DNA from: Octopus vulgaris
Taxonomy: Eukaryota
Direction of reading: 5' to 3'
Assembly: GCA_951406725.2 (NCBI GenBank)
Contig: OX597820.1
Coordinates: 99,882,001 to 99,946,000 of the forward strand
Length of the DNA: 64,000 nucleotides
The stretch's first letter is position 1, and every line of letters begins with the position of its first letter. Both the position numbers and the translations under genes were made by a program. Below the pieces are notes generated by a model, which worked only from the letters and a program-made list of their open reading frames with translations, was not told the origin of the DNA and searched no databases. Below, piece by piece: positions 40,905-55,511 of the stretch.

Positions 40905-41449
40905 TCCAGAGCCAATGTTTGTCTTTCACAAAATAAAATGATAGCTCTTCGACAAAACTTTTAAATCAAAACAATCCTTCCGCGAAGGTGGAAATCAGAC
41001 AGAATGAAATAAATAACTAACTAACTAACTAAATAAATAAATAAATAAAAACTTGCCAGAAAGAATCAGATTAGTTCTCTGTAGACTTCATAATAAATAT
41101 CAACAAAAGCAACGTTCCTGTTCAGGTGTAAATGAAGATGATTTCTTTAATTTGACAGAGCCAAGATCGATCGTGATTTTACCTCATGTGTTTAATAAAG
41201 ATTATAATAATGATAGTAACTCTTTCAACAAATGGCGCAAAGACTAAAATTTTGTAGAATGTGCTTGTCGATTACACGCCTGCTTCCTCCGCTCAACTGG
41301 TCTGTGTATTTATTTTGAGGTCCCTCATAGTATGGCGTAACATCGTGTATTCACATCCGAAAGTGGAGACGATTGCCAGCATTCTCAAGCGAATTGCTTG
41401 AAGAATTAATGCATAAAGTGTGTGTAGTGTGTGTGTGTGTATACATACA

Positions 41450-43760
41450 GAAATTGACCCAACTGGACTAAATAATCTAAAAAATCAAATCATGATTTAA
41501 TGGCTGTAAATTTAGGAAACCAGTATAGATGAACGTGACACACTCCCCAAAATTCGCAACTCTAACCAAAACCTGAAAGTAATTGGTAAAATTTGCCTTA
41601 CCCTTAAAGAAATAATTTCAGTTAATGATGTTGATATTACAGATATCAATCACCTACTAAGATCTTAACGACTCTATGTGGTGAAAAAATTAGAAAACGA
41701 AGACATTCCCACAAAATGTCTGTTTAGCAAGAGCGAGTTCAACAACGAATTCACTTAGTTCTGACATAGAATTTTTTAAAAAACCTTAAGTCTGATGAGA
41801 GCTTCAAACCAACAAAAATATGAGAATTAAAGAAATAGTATAATATGAAATCCATTCTTGACACCGATGTCACTGTAGAAACCATCAAGTAAAAGGTATC
41901 TGCTAAAGTTGCCCGCAAGGACAACAGCATGTTTAAAAATAATCTAGGATAATTTTTACAGGAAGATAGATAAAATATCAGTTACAGTAAAATATGGCTC
42001 CTCAAAAGAAGTGCAGGGATTCTGGAGTAAAATTTGGGCAGAAGAATAATCGCACAGTAAAAAAGCCCCTTGAATTGATAGAATATCTACTGATTCAGCT
42101 TCCACGGAAAAGCAAAAATGGGAGGGTATCAAAGTAGAAGATGTAAAATCTACTCTCAGAAAATGGAAGTCTCCAGGAAAGGATAAAATTCCTAGCTTCT
42201 GGTTGAATGGTTTTTCAGAAAGTCACTGACTAGACCTTACAACAATGTTTTGCCGCAGATAATATGATGCCCTCTTGGCTAGTTAATGATGTTACATTTC
42301 TATTTCAAAAGATGAGGAAATAAATGAACAAAAAAATTGTAAACCCATAACCTGTACAAGATATTAACCCTAATTATAGACCCTAACAATGTACAATATA
42401 TTAATATCTGTCTTGACCGAATAACTATAACTTAAAAAGATGTAAACGTAGGTCCTATGGCTGCGTCTCATTAATAAGATGATTTTGGAAGATTATCACA
42501 AACAGCACAAGAACTTGTCAATAGCCTGGATAGATTATAAAAAAGCTTTTGATAGTCGATCACGTAGCTGGGTAAAGAAATGTCTGGAAATTTATAAAAT
42601 AGCTCCTACTTTGCGAAACTCCTTGTCTGTAAGTATGAAATCATGGAAAATTACAGACTCTGAATAGTGAGAATGAATTGTTGAATGCTGGGGATGTAAG
42701 AATTTAATGTGGTATTTCCTAGGGTGACTCTCTATCACCACTCCTTTTTTGTCAAGCCTTAATACTTCTTTCCAAATTGCTCTGTGTAGCTATAAAAAGT
42801 TTTGACAAATCTATAAATCACCTATTTTACATGGATGCTTTAAATCTTTATGAAAAGATGACCAGCATATACAGAGTTTACTAGCATTTGTAAAACAGTT
42901 CAGTGAAGACATAAGGATGGAATTTGGCCTAGATAAATATGCAAAAGCTATCTTTACCAGAAGGAAAATGACAGAAACATCCAACGTTAAACTTGTCCAA
43001 GAGAATGGTATAAAGGAGTTAGAACCAGAAGAAGGTTACAGATACTTAGGGGTATATGGGGGAGATCGATTTAAATATTCAATGATGAGGGAAAAGATCA
43101 GAAAAGAATGTCATCGCAGGATAAGGGCAATACTCAAGACAGAGATAAAAGCAAGAAACAAGATCAAAGCAATTAATACTTTAGAAATACCGGTCGTAAC
43201 TTACAGTTTCAATGTTGTTAACTGCTCAAATACTGAAATATGCCAGCATGACCGAAAAATTCAAAAACTGTCGACAGTGAACAGAATGCACCACCCTAAG
43301 GCAGTTGTAGAACGAATTTACTTGCCATGAAAAGGGGGCGGTCGTGGATTCTTACATCTTGAATTGACAATGAATATTGCCACAATTGGCCTAAACACTT
43401 ATCTGAAAAATTCGGATGACTGGATGCTAAAACGTGTCTTAAAGCATGAAAACAAGAAAATCGCTTCCTCAATAACAGATGTTCTGGAAACTAGCACAGA
43501 AGAAAACCAAACATATGAAAACCCTTGATAAAGCTACTGCCCTAACTATTCTCAGGAATAAATCGCAAGAAAAACCTCTCAATGGCAAATACTGAAAGAG
43601 AGCTGATAATGCTGATGTTGACAACACTCTTACACATCAATAGTTGCTCTCTTCTGGCTTAAAAACAGCGACAGAATGGTTTATCATAGTAGCCCAGGAC
43701 CAATGCCTACCTACAAGAAGCTACCAGGCCAATATCTTAAAGAACGGCAACAGCCCAATA
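41450..43760 (+). mobile_element. Decayed R4/Dong-type LINE (RT region)
   Basis: KNLSIAWIDYKKAFDS, GDSLSPLLFC, INHLFYMD, MEFGLDK, YRYLGV, MHHPKA, AQDQCLPTR; multiple stops. Confidence 0.9.
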
Positions 43761-44108
43761 TTGTGACACTCCACACTTTCTCCCCCCACCTCTCTCTCAC
43801 ATATACACACATATGTATGTCACTACATTCAGTTTAGTTTTCTCCATGTTGATGGGAAAAACGAAAACAATTTTTTGCTGAAAATTAATTCAGCTGACCC
43901 GTCCTCCCAAACCGAGGGACAAAACAGGAAAAGAAACTTGCCAGTCGACACCAATCAACTTGTCTACGATAGTATTTATTCCAATGGTGTAAACACACGT
44001 AATATGCGCTCTTCCTTACAAAAACCACGGTGCGAAGCCAAGAGTGGCTTGCCAAGTGATGGCTCAAAAAACAACAACAACAACAATAACGCCGATAACA
44101 ACAACAAC

Positions 44109-44155
<47 letters not shown>

Positions 44156-45743
44156 GAAGAAGAAGAAGAAGAAGAAGAAGAAAAAAAAAGAAGAAGAAGA
44201 AGAAGAAGAAGAAGAAGAAGAAGAAGAAGAAGAAGAAGAAGAAGAAGAAGAAGAAGAAGAAGAAGAAAGAGGAGGGATAAAAACAGAGCACTTAGAAGCA
44301 CAAGGTCATGACTAAATTAGATTTATAGTAAATAACCTCTCTCTACATCATTATAGAATTATTATTTATGACACAAATTTAGAATATTAGAAACTTTCAG
44401 ACTAGAACAAATTTAGAAATACACATAGATTGATCACGCACAAAAATGAAATGTCGAAAATAGAGGTAGAAAATTCAGTTGGACAGATATACAACGAACA
44501 GACAATGATAGCGTGCGAAAATCATGATACCATACGAGAATCAAAAGTAAGAGTCCACGTTTATATTGTAAAACACTTAATTAATTTTGACACAGTACGA
44601 AATAGCTGTAGTAATATATAATATTGAAAAGATTGTGACTTCTCAGAATTCTCTTGCGAATAACAATGACAATATTAATAAATGATTTAGCAGGCGTGAA
44701 AAGGTTGCTATTCGTGATACAGACGATATAGAAAATGACGGTGAACATTACGGAGGAGTGATATCGATATCAATAAAGAAGTCTCCATGTGATCGCTCAG
44801 CCTGCCAAATCTTTTTTAAAATTTTACCTTGCCGTTTTTAAATGACTGATTATACTGGATAAGGTAATCCTAAATATATGCCACAAAAATGACGAGATGG
44901 TCACAGCTTGAATGCTGGTCGAACGATCTATGTTGTTATAGATATCAGATATCAGAATATTACAGACGCAATGTTATTGCAGTTAACAAGCACTAAAGTT
45001 CTTAAAAAGCTACAATATTTTTAGACACAGACATAAAAAACAACATAAAATAGAACCACGAAGACATACGATACTTCAGAAGTAATAAAAAAACAATAAA
45101 ACAATGGAGATTTGTCAATAAATCATTTCAAAACATCACACCTTCTCACAAAGCAGATTAAAGAGTTTTATACATGAAAAAACCTAAACCTCCTATATAT
45201 GACTCACTGAAAGATATTTATACTACAATATTACATTTACGACTTGAAAACAAAGAAAAACACTTTTATGGAACTACAAAGTTTAACATCAGACGTGAAA
45301 GTTGCGTAGCCATCATCCTAGAACATATTTTCAATCACAGCACAGGGTCCCTACATTCAATTTAAACAGGTTCCACTATATATCCAGGACATATTTCAGA
45401 AATGATATTCGCAAACGAATGTATCAACATTCACAAGAAATGTGGGTTTTCAAATAAAAATAAAAATAATAAAGATAAATAAAAAGCCAGCAACGTGAAA
45501 TATATATAAATTTGTGTGTGTAGATAGATACAGACAGATACACACACATTCACTCACACAGACACTTACACACATACACTTACACACAAACATTATACAA
45601 ATATTTGGTCTTATGCTCATAAAAAACTTGCATTAATCTGATGGGTTACTCCATAGTTTTGTAGAGTACAAATTTATTATTCTTAAACAGGAATGTTGTT
45701 GACAGTAACTTCGAAATTTCGGCAAGCTAACCCACTGACAGAT

Positions 45744-45775
<32 letters not shown>

Positions 45776-46043
45776 CTTGTGTGTGTGTTTGCGTGCGCGT
45801 CTGTACACGAGCTTGCGTCTGTGTATGTTTATAAGAGGCTTTTGCTCTCGAAGCTGAGTGTTTATGTAATTACCTTATAACAGAAACAGATGTAAGCCAC
45901 AGAAGCTGATTACGCAATTTCTATTTCCTTTTTATTCCATTAATTCACATATATGTATATATGCAAATGCATATACATGCACAGACACATACATATATAT
46001 ACTACCATACAGCTATAGTGTATCTATATATATACATACACAT

Positions 46044-46123
<80 letters not shown>

Positions 46124-46134
46124 CTATAGTATAT

Positions 46135-47280
46135 ATATAAAGAAAAAATACTATGTAGAAAAAGGTAAAATAATTTTTCATGAAGTACATTTTTAGTACC
46201 AGTTCCAGCCTTTTAGACTTTTTCAACTAAGAGAGTAAAATAAGAAAAACAATTAAATTGGAGAAAAAAAAATCAAGTGAAATACTTTGTAGGTATTTCC
46301 AAAGTCTTTAAATAGGTAAATATTTCCACAGTCTTCAGTCTGTCTGTCTCTCTGTCTCTCTCTGTCTCTCTGTCTCTGTCTTTCTCTCTTTGTGAATGCC
46401 TCGTAGTAAATCTGAAGGAATAGTTTGGGTGCAGAGAATTGATGGTTGAAGCAGGAACAACTGAGGGAGAAGAAGAAGAAGAAGGAGGAGGAGGAGGAGG
46501 AGGAGGAGGAAGAAGATGAAGGAAGAAGAGAAGTACGAATAGGGAAAGAAGAGGGAGAAGGACAAAGAAGAGAAACATACCAGAGTGCTGTGACACAGTA
46601 AATTGTTTGTAGAATTTTCTTTAATGGTCAATGACCTAAAAGTGACCTGTTGTTGTCGTAGCATTAGTGGTTGAAATTGTTCTAAATTATTGTAGTAGTT
46701 TTATCTGTGGAGGTGGCGGCATTTAAAATAGGTTTATATTTTGCGATAAAATATGCTTCTTTGCTAATGCGCTGATTATAGATTGCATTGTCCCTGAGTT
46801 TATAGAGGAAAAAGATTCTAAAGTTGGGTTGTTCGTTAGTGGCGCAAATATCGATGTCCTCGCTTAATCCTATTTTTCTGTATTCTCGTATTTTAATCTG
46901 GGATGTATGAACCGCCATCCTCTGGCGTAGAGTGCTTTTAGTTTGACCAGTATATTGTTCTCGACACTCTGAGCAAGTTCATATATGTATTATGTTTTCC
47001 GAAGCACATGTGAAGTTGTTTTTCACTGTAAAACGTTGACCCAGTTTGAAAGAGAATTCCGATCCTTCAATTAAATTGACATATATACCACAGTTAGGTC
47101 TGCCACATTTTTCTTACTGTTAGTTTCGATGTTGTTGACGAGTGTTAGAAAACTTTTCATTGACTTGGATTGTCTTTTGCTCTTTATGGCGGTGTGCGTT
47201 TGGAGGATTTGAACCATTCTATGGTCCCTTTTTAGTAAAGGAATGTTCTGGATGATGGTGTCAATACGCCCTAACAACTA
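46135..47280 (-). mobile_element. Penelope-like element 3' fragment (GIY-YIG and tail)
   Basis: FTCASENII..CSECREQYTGQTKSTLRQRMAVHTSQI...KEAYFIAKYKPILN. A degenerate HHR lies at 46193-46230. Confidence 0.85.
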
Positions 47281-49649
47281 ATTTTTGATGCATATAACAC
47301 AAGAGTTAATATGAGTTAATATGAAACAATACAGCCCCTACGCATATCTCATGAAGCCACTGGCAGTATGCAGTTACTCCGCTACTCAGGCACAACCTTC
47401 TCAAAAGCTGCAATGCAAGATAAAAAATTACAAAAGTGTACCGAGAATACCTAAGGCCGAAATGTATTTCTGAACACACTTGATGGGAGTGTAGAGATAA
47501 TCTGAGCAGTAAGATGAAATCGAGAGAATGAGAGAGAGAGGTAAGGAGGAAGGGAAAAAGTTAGAGGGAGAGAAAAGGAGAAATTTCTCTAAATTGTCAA
47601 ATTAACTTCTGTTCAATTCAGTACTGCATATCGGAGTGAACTGCATACTCTTCAGCTACAAGGAAAAACAATTAAACTGAGTTGATAACTTTATGTGTTG
47701 CGTTACGTCATTTAGTTGATTATCTGCATCCTACAGGACTGTTCAACAAGAGATGACATGTCGCTACAGAGTAATAACAACTACGACAAATCGTGTCAGT
47801 ATTGTTGAAACCCTTGAGTATAGGATGTAGGAAAAATCACAATAATTGTAACGCCCAACAAATCTCCAGGTGAATTAACTTCTTACAGCCCTATCTCCTT
47901 AGTATGCACATCTTAAAATATTCTAAAACGCTAATACCTTAATCCACGACAATGTTCTCTTGCAATGAAAACACCGATTCGGATCATTACGCATAACCAC
48001 TACACATCTCAAGAAGTTAACACATGTGGGCCTCAACAAGAAAAGCTAACTTCCGCATATGCTAGTCTACCTTCGATATCAATAAACTAGTCAAGTCCAT
48101 TTCTCATTATCTGCTTATAAACCATCTTAGGAAACAACACAAAGCGCTGGCTTGTAAACAACTGTCAGGTCACCAATGTACAAAATTACACCACTTCCAG
48201 AATTTACACTTGTTCTGCATAGTGCAGCACAGATTTATCATTTTATCCTTTCCTTTCCCACCGATAACATGATATTCTCAAACCACATTAAGTTGCACAA
48301 AGCCCCACAAGCACGTCATTCTAAATTTTTACTCATATACCTACAGACGCAGCAGCACAATAATTCCAGTTTTTCACGAACCACCAAGAAAACTGACTAC
48401 CAAACAAGAGAGTTAAATAGCTCCTACCAAATCAAGTCTCCTTTCTTAACTACTTCGCACAATGTTGAATATATATATATATATATATATATATCGAAAA
48501 AGATTCTATGAAAATGACCGCTAAGTAAGGTAAGGGAGTAAAATGCTCATAGTAATCGCGTAAGCGAGCATGTCCATAGATACACATGCGCGCCCGCACA
48601 ACCACGTACATGCGCCTATATGTATATACTCAGCCTAATATACATATATATATTTATATATACATACACACACACACATATATATATGTTTACATACATA
48701 CGCACATATACACACAGGTATACATACATATGTACGTGTGTGTGTTTGGGTATGTATATATACTGCACGCAGAAAAGCCAAAAATATTAGTACTTGACTA
48801 CAATATCCCTACATCATTCGCAGCACACATGAAAGAGAGAGTAAAGAAAACAACGAAACATGACACGAATATATTTAGACCACTCTAACAGTTACCAGAT
48901 TTTGAAAGCAGAAAACAACAATGACGTACAAACAATATGGCTGCTCATTATCGTTTGGTTGACTAAGTGCATGACATAGGTTCTTTTCGACCTGAGTTGA
49001 CTTGAAATAATAATAGAGACAACTACAGATATCTCAAGCTTCTCATAAATAATAGGAACAACAGGGAAATGGAAGCATCTAGAAAGAAAAGGAAATTATG
49101 CGGGACGACTAAACAATCAACTAATGATTCCATCCATATAGACATGCATCTATGTGTGTGCGTGTGTGTGCGTGCAAGTGTGTGTGTGTGTGTGTGTATC
49201 TATGTATTTGTTTCTTAATGTCTATCGTTTGTCTCCCATCACTGCTTCACAACTTGTGCTAATTTGCTTTCGCCCCCATAACTTAGTGATTCGAGAAAAA
49301 GATTGATAGAATAAGTACTTGGATATTTTAAAAAATAACCACTGGAGCTGATTTGTTCAACCAAACCTTTTAAGGCAGTTTCTCGACCTTTTCACAGTCG
49401 AATAAGTGAAACAAGTAAAAGGAAATATACAAGAAAATTTCATGGCAAAAATCATAAGATAAGCAATTCACACAGTGAGTCTGAACGAATAATTAGAGTA
49501 ATCGATTTATATAATTATTTGAAGAAATATATTGAATACAGACTAAGCGATGATGACTAAAGCAAAGTATGTACAAAGACCTTTGCTGCCATAAATGCCC
49601 TCAAAGAGAAATACCCTAATATAAAATTATCTCATTTTAAGTTGTTTCT

Positions 49650-49957
49650 TTTTTTGTTTTGCTTTTTTCAGTCATTGGAATGCAGCCATATTAGGGCACC
49701 ACCTTCAGGGCTTTTAGTCGAACTAATCGATCCTACTACTAATTTATTTTAAATATGGTACTTATTCTATTGGTTTCTCTTGCCGAACCACTACGTTACG
49801 TGGACGTAAACAAACCAACACCGGTTGTTGCAGAGAATCAAAAACACAGATAGATAGATACATACATACATGTATGTGTGTGTGTGTGTATGTGTGCATG
49901 TATAGATATATGCACACACACAAACAAATATATGTATATATGCACACACACATGTGT

Positions 49958-50023
<66 letters not shown>

Positions 50024-50125
50024 ATACATATCTGATGGGTTTCTTTCAGTTTCCGACTATCAAAATTCAAAATAGGAAACACTTGTTTAAAGTGCTATGC
50101 AGAGGGATTGAACCCGGAACCATAT
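49650..50125 (-). mobile_element. SINE family A (diverged)
   Basis: Aligns to 2809-3228. Confidence 0.7.
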
Positions 50126-50162
50126 GTAGATAAAACATAATCATGAAAGACATTTAAACAAT

Positions 50163-50570
50163 TAGGGGTAGGTGGGGCTGTGTGGTAAGTAGCTTGCTTA
50201 CCAACCACATGGTTCCTGGTTCAGTCCCACTGCGTGGCACTTTGATCAAGTGTCTTCTACTAAAGCCTCGGGCCGACCAAAACCTTGTGAGTAGATTTGG
50301 TAGACAGAAACTGAAAGCAGCCCGTCGTATATATGTATATATGTATGTGTGTGTATATGTTTGTGTGTCTGTGTTTGTTCCCCCACCATCGCTTGACAAC
50401 CGATGCTGGTGTGTTTACGTCCTCGTAACTTAGCAGTTCGGTAAACGAGACCGATAGAATAAGTACTAGGCTTACAAAGAATATGTCCTGGGGTCGATTT
50501 GCTCGACTAAAGGCGGTGCTCCAGCATGGCCACAATCAAATGACTGGAACAAGTAAAAGTTTAAAAGAGT
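50163..50570 (+). mobile_element. SINE family A
   Basis: Well-preserved copy. Confidence 0.9.
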
Positions 50571-51377
50571 AATTATCTTATATTTCCATCTACTTGAGAC
50601 TGTCGTATCAAATGTTCACATAAAATAAACTGTAAAAATAAGCAGTTCACACGATGATCCTCATAAAAGGTGATTCTAAGCGAGTAATTAGGGAAACAGA
50701 GTTAATACAATTATTCAAGAAAGTGATTAAAGCAGTAATCAGCGATGATTAAAATAAAGCTATTGACAAAGACCTTCGCCGTAGTAAATCTCTTTCAAGA
50801 TAAATACTCCTAATAGACCAATGCATTCTGTTGTCTACTTGTTTTACTCATTGAACAGTGGTCATGCTGGGGCATCATCTTCAAGAGTTTACTTAGATAA
50901 ATCGACCCCTGTACTTACTCTATCTGCTTCTTGTTTACAGAAACGCCAGATTAGGTGGACATAAAGAAGCCAACACCGGTTATCAAGCGGTGATGGTGGT
51001 GGTGGTGGTGGTGATGATGATGATAGACAGACATAACAGAAACATAAAGGCACACACATAGATATATTCATACATATATCTATGTATGCATGAATGCATA
51101 CCTACCTACCTACCTTCTTACGTATCTGTCCACATACATAGTAAGAGTTTCTCAGTTGCATCTAGTGTCAGTTATGTGTTATACACGGGTTCGAGTTACC
51201 ATCAAGGTAGACGTTTCAAAGTCATTGTTTAGCGGAGCTATTAGCGAACACACGATGGACCAGCTAAAGGTAAGAAGACGCGGAATACCACCACAACATA
51301 GTAGTAGCGACAAGAGTACTACAGTGCCGGCAACAACATACAAGTGGACGAGGAACCATATTATATCACACGCACGC

Positions 51378-51412
<35 letters not shown>

Positions 51413-51559
51413 TGTATGTATGTATGTATGTATGCATGCATGTATGTATGTATGTATGTATGTATGTATGTATGTATGTATGGGTTACTGTTCCATTAAA
51501 GTAAGATCAATAAAAAACACTCTATCTAGTGAAATGTATGTATGCGTGTGTGTGTGTGT

Positions 51560-51910
51560 TGCTTCCAACCACATGGTCCTGGGTTCAGTCCCACAGGGTA
51601 GCACCTTGGGCAAGTGTTTTATGCTATAGCCTGGGACCAACCAAAACCTTGTGAGTGGGCTTGGTAGACGGAAACTAAAAGAAGCCCGTCGTATATATTT
51701 ATGTGAATGTGTGTCTGTGTTTGTTTCCCCGTCATCGCTTGACAACTGATGCTGGTATATTTATGTCCCCGTAACCTAGCGGTTCGGCAAAGGAGACCGA
51801 TAGATTAAGTTCTAGGCTTACAAAGAATAAGTCCTGGAGTCCAGTTCTTCAACTAAAACCCTTTAAGGCGATGCGACAGCATGGACGCAGTCAAATGACT
51901 GAAACAAGCA
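51560..51910 (+). mobile_element. SINE family A
   Basis: Aligns to 50163-50570. Confidence 0.85.
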
Positions 51911-52291
51911 AATAAATACATGTATGTATGTAGATGCAGTTTGTGACAGACCGTGCATTTCTTTTTCTGGGCTCAAATTTCATTTGCGAGCCCATGGAAA
52001 ACGAACTTCCACCAACTACTCTGCCTATATGTAGGTACACACCTTTCAATGCAATATATGCCAGAAGGTCTGCAAATGTAAACGAGGCTTTAAAAGACAT
52101 TTTAAGATCCACAAAGATCAGAACTTAACTGAAAATCGTATATGCAATGTATGTGGGTGTCTTTTCAAAACATTGTCTGGTTTAAAAAGCCACATCAGAT
52201 GTCATGATGGTTCTAACGTGTAGGTACAGGAGGTGGTTAAACTCTGCATAAGGAGTAGACAGCTACAATGTATATAGATAGATAGATAGAC

Positions 52292-52331
<40 letters not shown>

Positions 52332-52332
52332 G

Positions 52333-52409
<77 letters not shown>

Positions 52410-52500
52410 TTGAAATTTGCAGACAAACGAAAGACGATGACAGGTGTATGAATGAACAACAAGCAGGTGTATTAGTTTGACGCTCGGGAAAGTGAGAAAG

Positions 52501-52537
52501 TCTTTTACGTTTCGAGCTATGCTCTTCAACAAAGGAA
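52501..52537 (-). ncRNA. Ultra-minimal hammerhead-like motif
   Basis: Minus strand: TTGTTGA-a-gagc-ata-gctc-GAAAC-GTA-aaaga; same family as 26016, 32449 and 61127. Confidence 0.55.
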
Positions 52538-52625
52538 TAAGAGAAAATAAACAGAGAAAGAATAAAAAACACTTGTGAATTAAGCGATCAAGCATGACGA
52601 CTGGTTGGGGGGGGGGGTTGACAGG

Positions 52626-52699
<74 letters not shown>

Positions 52700-53666
52700 A
52701 CTGGGTGTGTATGATTTGGTAGAATGTACCATGCTTTCACTAATTGCTTGACATGCCTTTCTAATCCGGAGACTCTAGGACGCGATAGCTGAAATGAGAG
52801 AGAGCTGCAATAGCACTCAGTTGATTTTCATTTCAGATGAATAAACTAAAGCAACATAATATGCAGTGCCTTGCTGAAGGACACATAAAGCCTCATCCAA
52901 ACCTTAAATGGAACCAACGACCTTATGATTGGGATCCTAACACCGCAACCACTGAGCCATATTGAAATGTTCTAAGCAAATCCATAACGGATTTACAAGA
53001 AACTATGTAAAATATAGAAAATAGCGACAGAAGAAAAGGTACCCAATAAAAGGTATAAGAAGTGATACGATAGAAGAAAAGATACTCAAGACTACGTTTA
53101 GAAGAGTGGAGATGATTCTTGGAGATAATTCTCAGTCAATTTAAAATATGACGACGGAACCTTAAAATTACAGTTGAAAAAAAATGAAAAACATTTCTGA
53201 CTTATTTGTAGAGCACAGGACTAGAAAACTAAGTATAGGATATTAGTTGATTACACATATCTCAGTATGTGATTCATATTTGATCAACGCCCGAAAGGAT
53301 AAAATGAAAAGTTGAGCTGAGAAAGATTTGAACTTAGAATGTTAGGAGTCGGAAGAAATACTGTAAATCATTTTTTTCGCTACTCCTGGTAATTCACTGT
53401 CATTATTCACTCATAATAATTTATTTCTAATTATGGTTCAAGGCCATAATTTTGAGACATGGAGCGGGACAAGTCGATTACATCGACCCCAGTACTTCAG
53501 TGGTACTTTGTTTTATCGAAAGGATAAAATGTAAAGTTGACCTCATCGGAAATTGAACTCAGATCAAAGAAAAATTTATTAACAATAATCCTTTCTACTC
53601 TAGACACAAGGACTGAAATTTCTCCCGGCGTGCCAACGTTTCTGCTAGCTCGCCCCCTTTAAAATA

Positions 53667-53873
53667 TTCTTTTCTACTCTCGGCACAAGGCCGAAATTTT
53701 GGGGGAAGGGGCCAGCCGATTAGACCGACTCCAGTACGCAACTGGTACTTAATTTATCGACCCCGAAAAGATGAAAGGCAAAGTCGACCTCGGTGGAATT
53801 TTGAACTCAGAATGTAAAGACAGACGAAATAACCCTAAGCATATCGCCTAACGTTTCTGCCTGCTCGCCGCCT
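53667..53873 (-). mobile_element. SINE family B variant with alternative tail
   Basis: Family B body with tail ..ggccccttcccccaaaatttcggccttgtgccgagagtagaaaag. Confidence 0.8.
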
Positions 53874-54834
53874 TACGTTCACTACCAATATTGAAACATA
53901 TATTGAAACGGTATAATATACTATGATATAAACAGGAAAAAGTTTCTCATAAAAAAAAATAATTGAAACCCTTGAATCTACACCTTGCACTAAAGGAGAT
54001 CATTACAAGCCAGAAAATATGCTAAATATAAAATTACTTTCCTCCCTAATAATTGTGTTACTCCTATCTAAATAGAGATTGACTGACCAATTTCCGGTAT
54101 GTAACATACAACATTCTTACACATCACACTTCTCAATTCTCTGTCCATTTTAAAGTACATTAACCAATTAAATAGAAGAGGCGTAGAGACCTGTTTAAAA
54201 AAAAAAAACAAAAAAAAAAACAGTAGACAAACATTCTGAAATCTAAGATGCAATAACTATTATAAAGCAACTCGAATAAGATAGTTAAAAATTGACACAT
54301 CACATGTAGATTGCTGTTTTCAAGGAATTGTGTCAGCGAAATAAGGGCGAAATGGACTAGGAAATTAAATATAGGACAACTTACTAATTGGTGTATTCAA
54401 ATTCATTCAGATTCGTTAGTAAGATATCAATCAAACATCAATTTATAAAGGCAGTTATTAACTCTGCCTGTTACTTTCTATTTTGTCCTCAAAGGATAAT
54501 TGCGAAATATGAAGGCATGGAAAGTGATATATCAATTATTGAGAGATAAAAAATTTCCTCAAAGAAATTGTTCTACGTGTCAAAGAAGAAAAAGAAAAAA
54601 AAAGCCGAAAACATTTATACCTGAGCCTAAACTACAGCTAAAGTAATCAGCTCAAAGTCTGTTAGGAAGACAAATGAAACTAAACGTAGTATGTTCTCAA
54701 GTTTTCCATTATCATATCCTTTTACAATGAAGTGTGGATTCGAAAAAATAAATACGTTTGGATTGTAATACAAAACAATCATGATTAAGTATAATCAAAA
54801 GACAATTATAATTAAGTATAATCAAAGGAATATT

Positions 54835-55275
54835 AATTATTGACATCATATGGTAAGCTGCTATGCTTCTCTGGTGGCTACCAGGGTCTTGATCCATATG
54901 GTGCTTTTTTTTGGTGGGGGGCTGAAAATCGCAAAGGCTTCAGTAACTTTGCCAATCAATCTTTGGAACTCAGCCAACGAAGTAGTAATCAGCATTTCAT
55001 CAGTATAACGAAAGTTATTTAGCTACTGGCCGCTGGCGTATGCAGCAGTCCAACCGAGGTCATCTACTAACCTCCGCATCATCTCCTTTGTTGGTGCAGA
55101 CAGGTGGAACATAACCTTCTTACCGAACTTCTTTCTTTTCTTGACAGAAAACGGGATCACCAGCGTCAAAGACGAAGATGGATCGTAGACATCAAGTAGC
55201 GGACAGGGAGGATCCTGGTGGTGTCTATGGCTGCAGTGTGTGGTGTGGAGTGGTTGTTGAACCTGATGTTCCACA
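54835..55275 (-). mobile_element. RTE-like RT fragment
   Basis: EMMRRLVDD...NNFRYTDEMLITTSLAEFQRLIGKVTEA...KTLVATRE, resembling the NNLRYADD RT motif region. Confidence 0.6.
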
Positions 55276-55277
55276 AC

Positions 55278-55511
55278 CTATTTCTTTATTACCCACAAGG
55301 GGCTAAACATAGAGCGGACAAACAAGGACAGACATAGGTATTAAGTCGATTACATCGACCCCAGTGCGTAACTGGTACTTAATTTATCGACCCCGAAGGG
55401 ATGAAAGGCAAAGTCGACCTCGGCGGAATTTGAACTCAGAACGTAATGACAGACGAAATACCGCTAAGTATTTCGCCCGGCGCGATAACGTTTCTGCCAG
55501 CTCGCCGCCTT
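55278..55511 (-). mobile_element. SINE family B
   Basis: Full-length head ggcggcgagctggcagaaacgtt...gagttcaaattcc. Confidence 0.9.

Noticed and set aside
41792-41815. ctgatgag..caaac as a hammerhead
   Set aside because: It lies in LINE coding sequence and has no GAAA or stem I/III.
55023-55274. 83-aa GC-richer ORF as a host exon
   Set aside because: It continues into an RTE RT motif region, so it is better explained as LINE debris.
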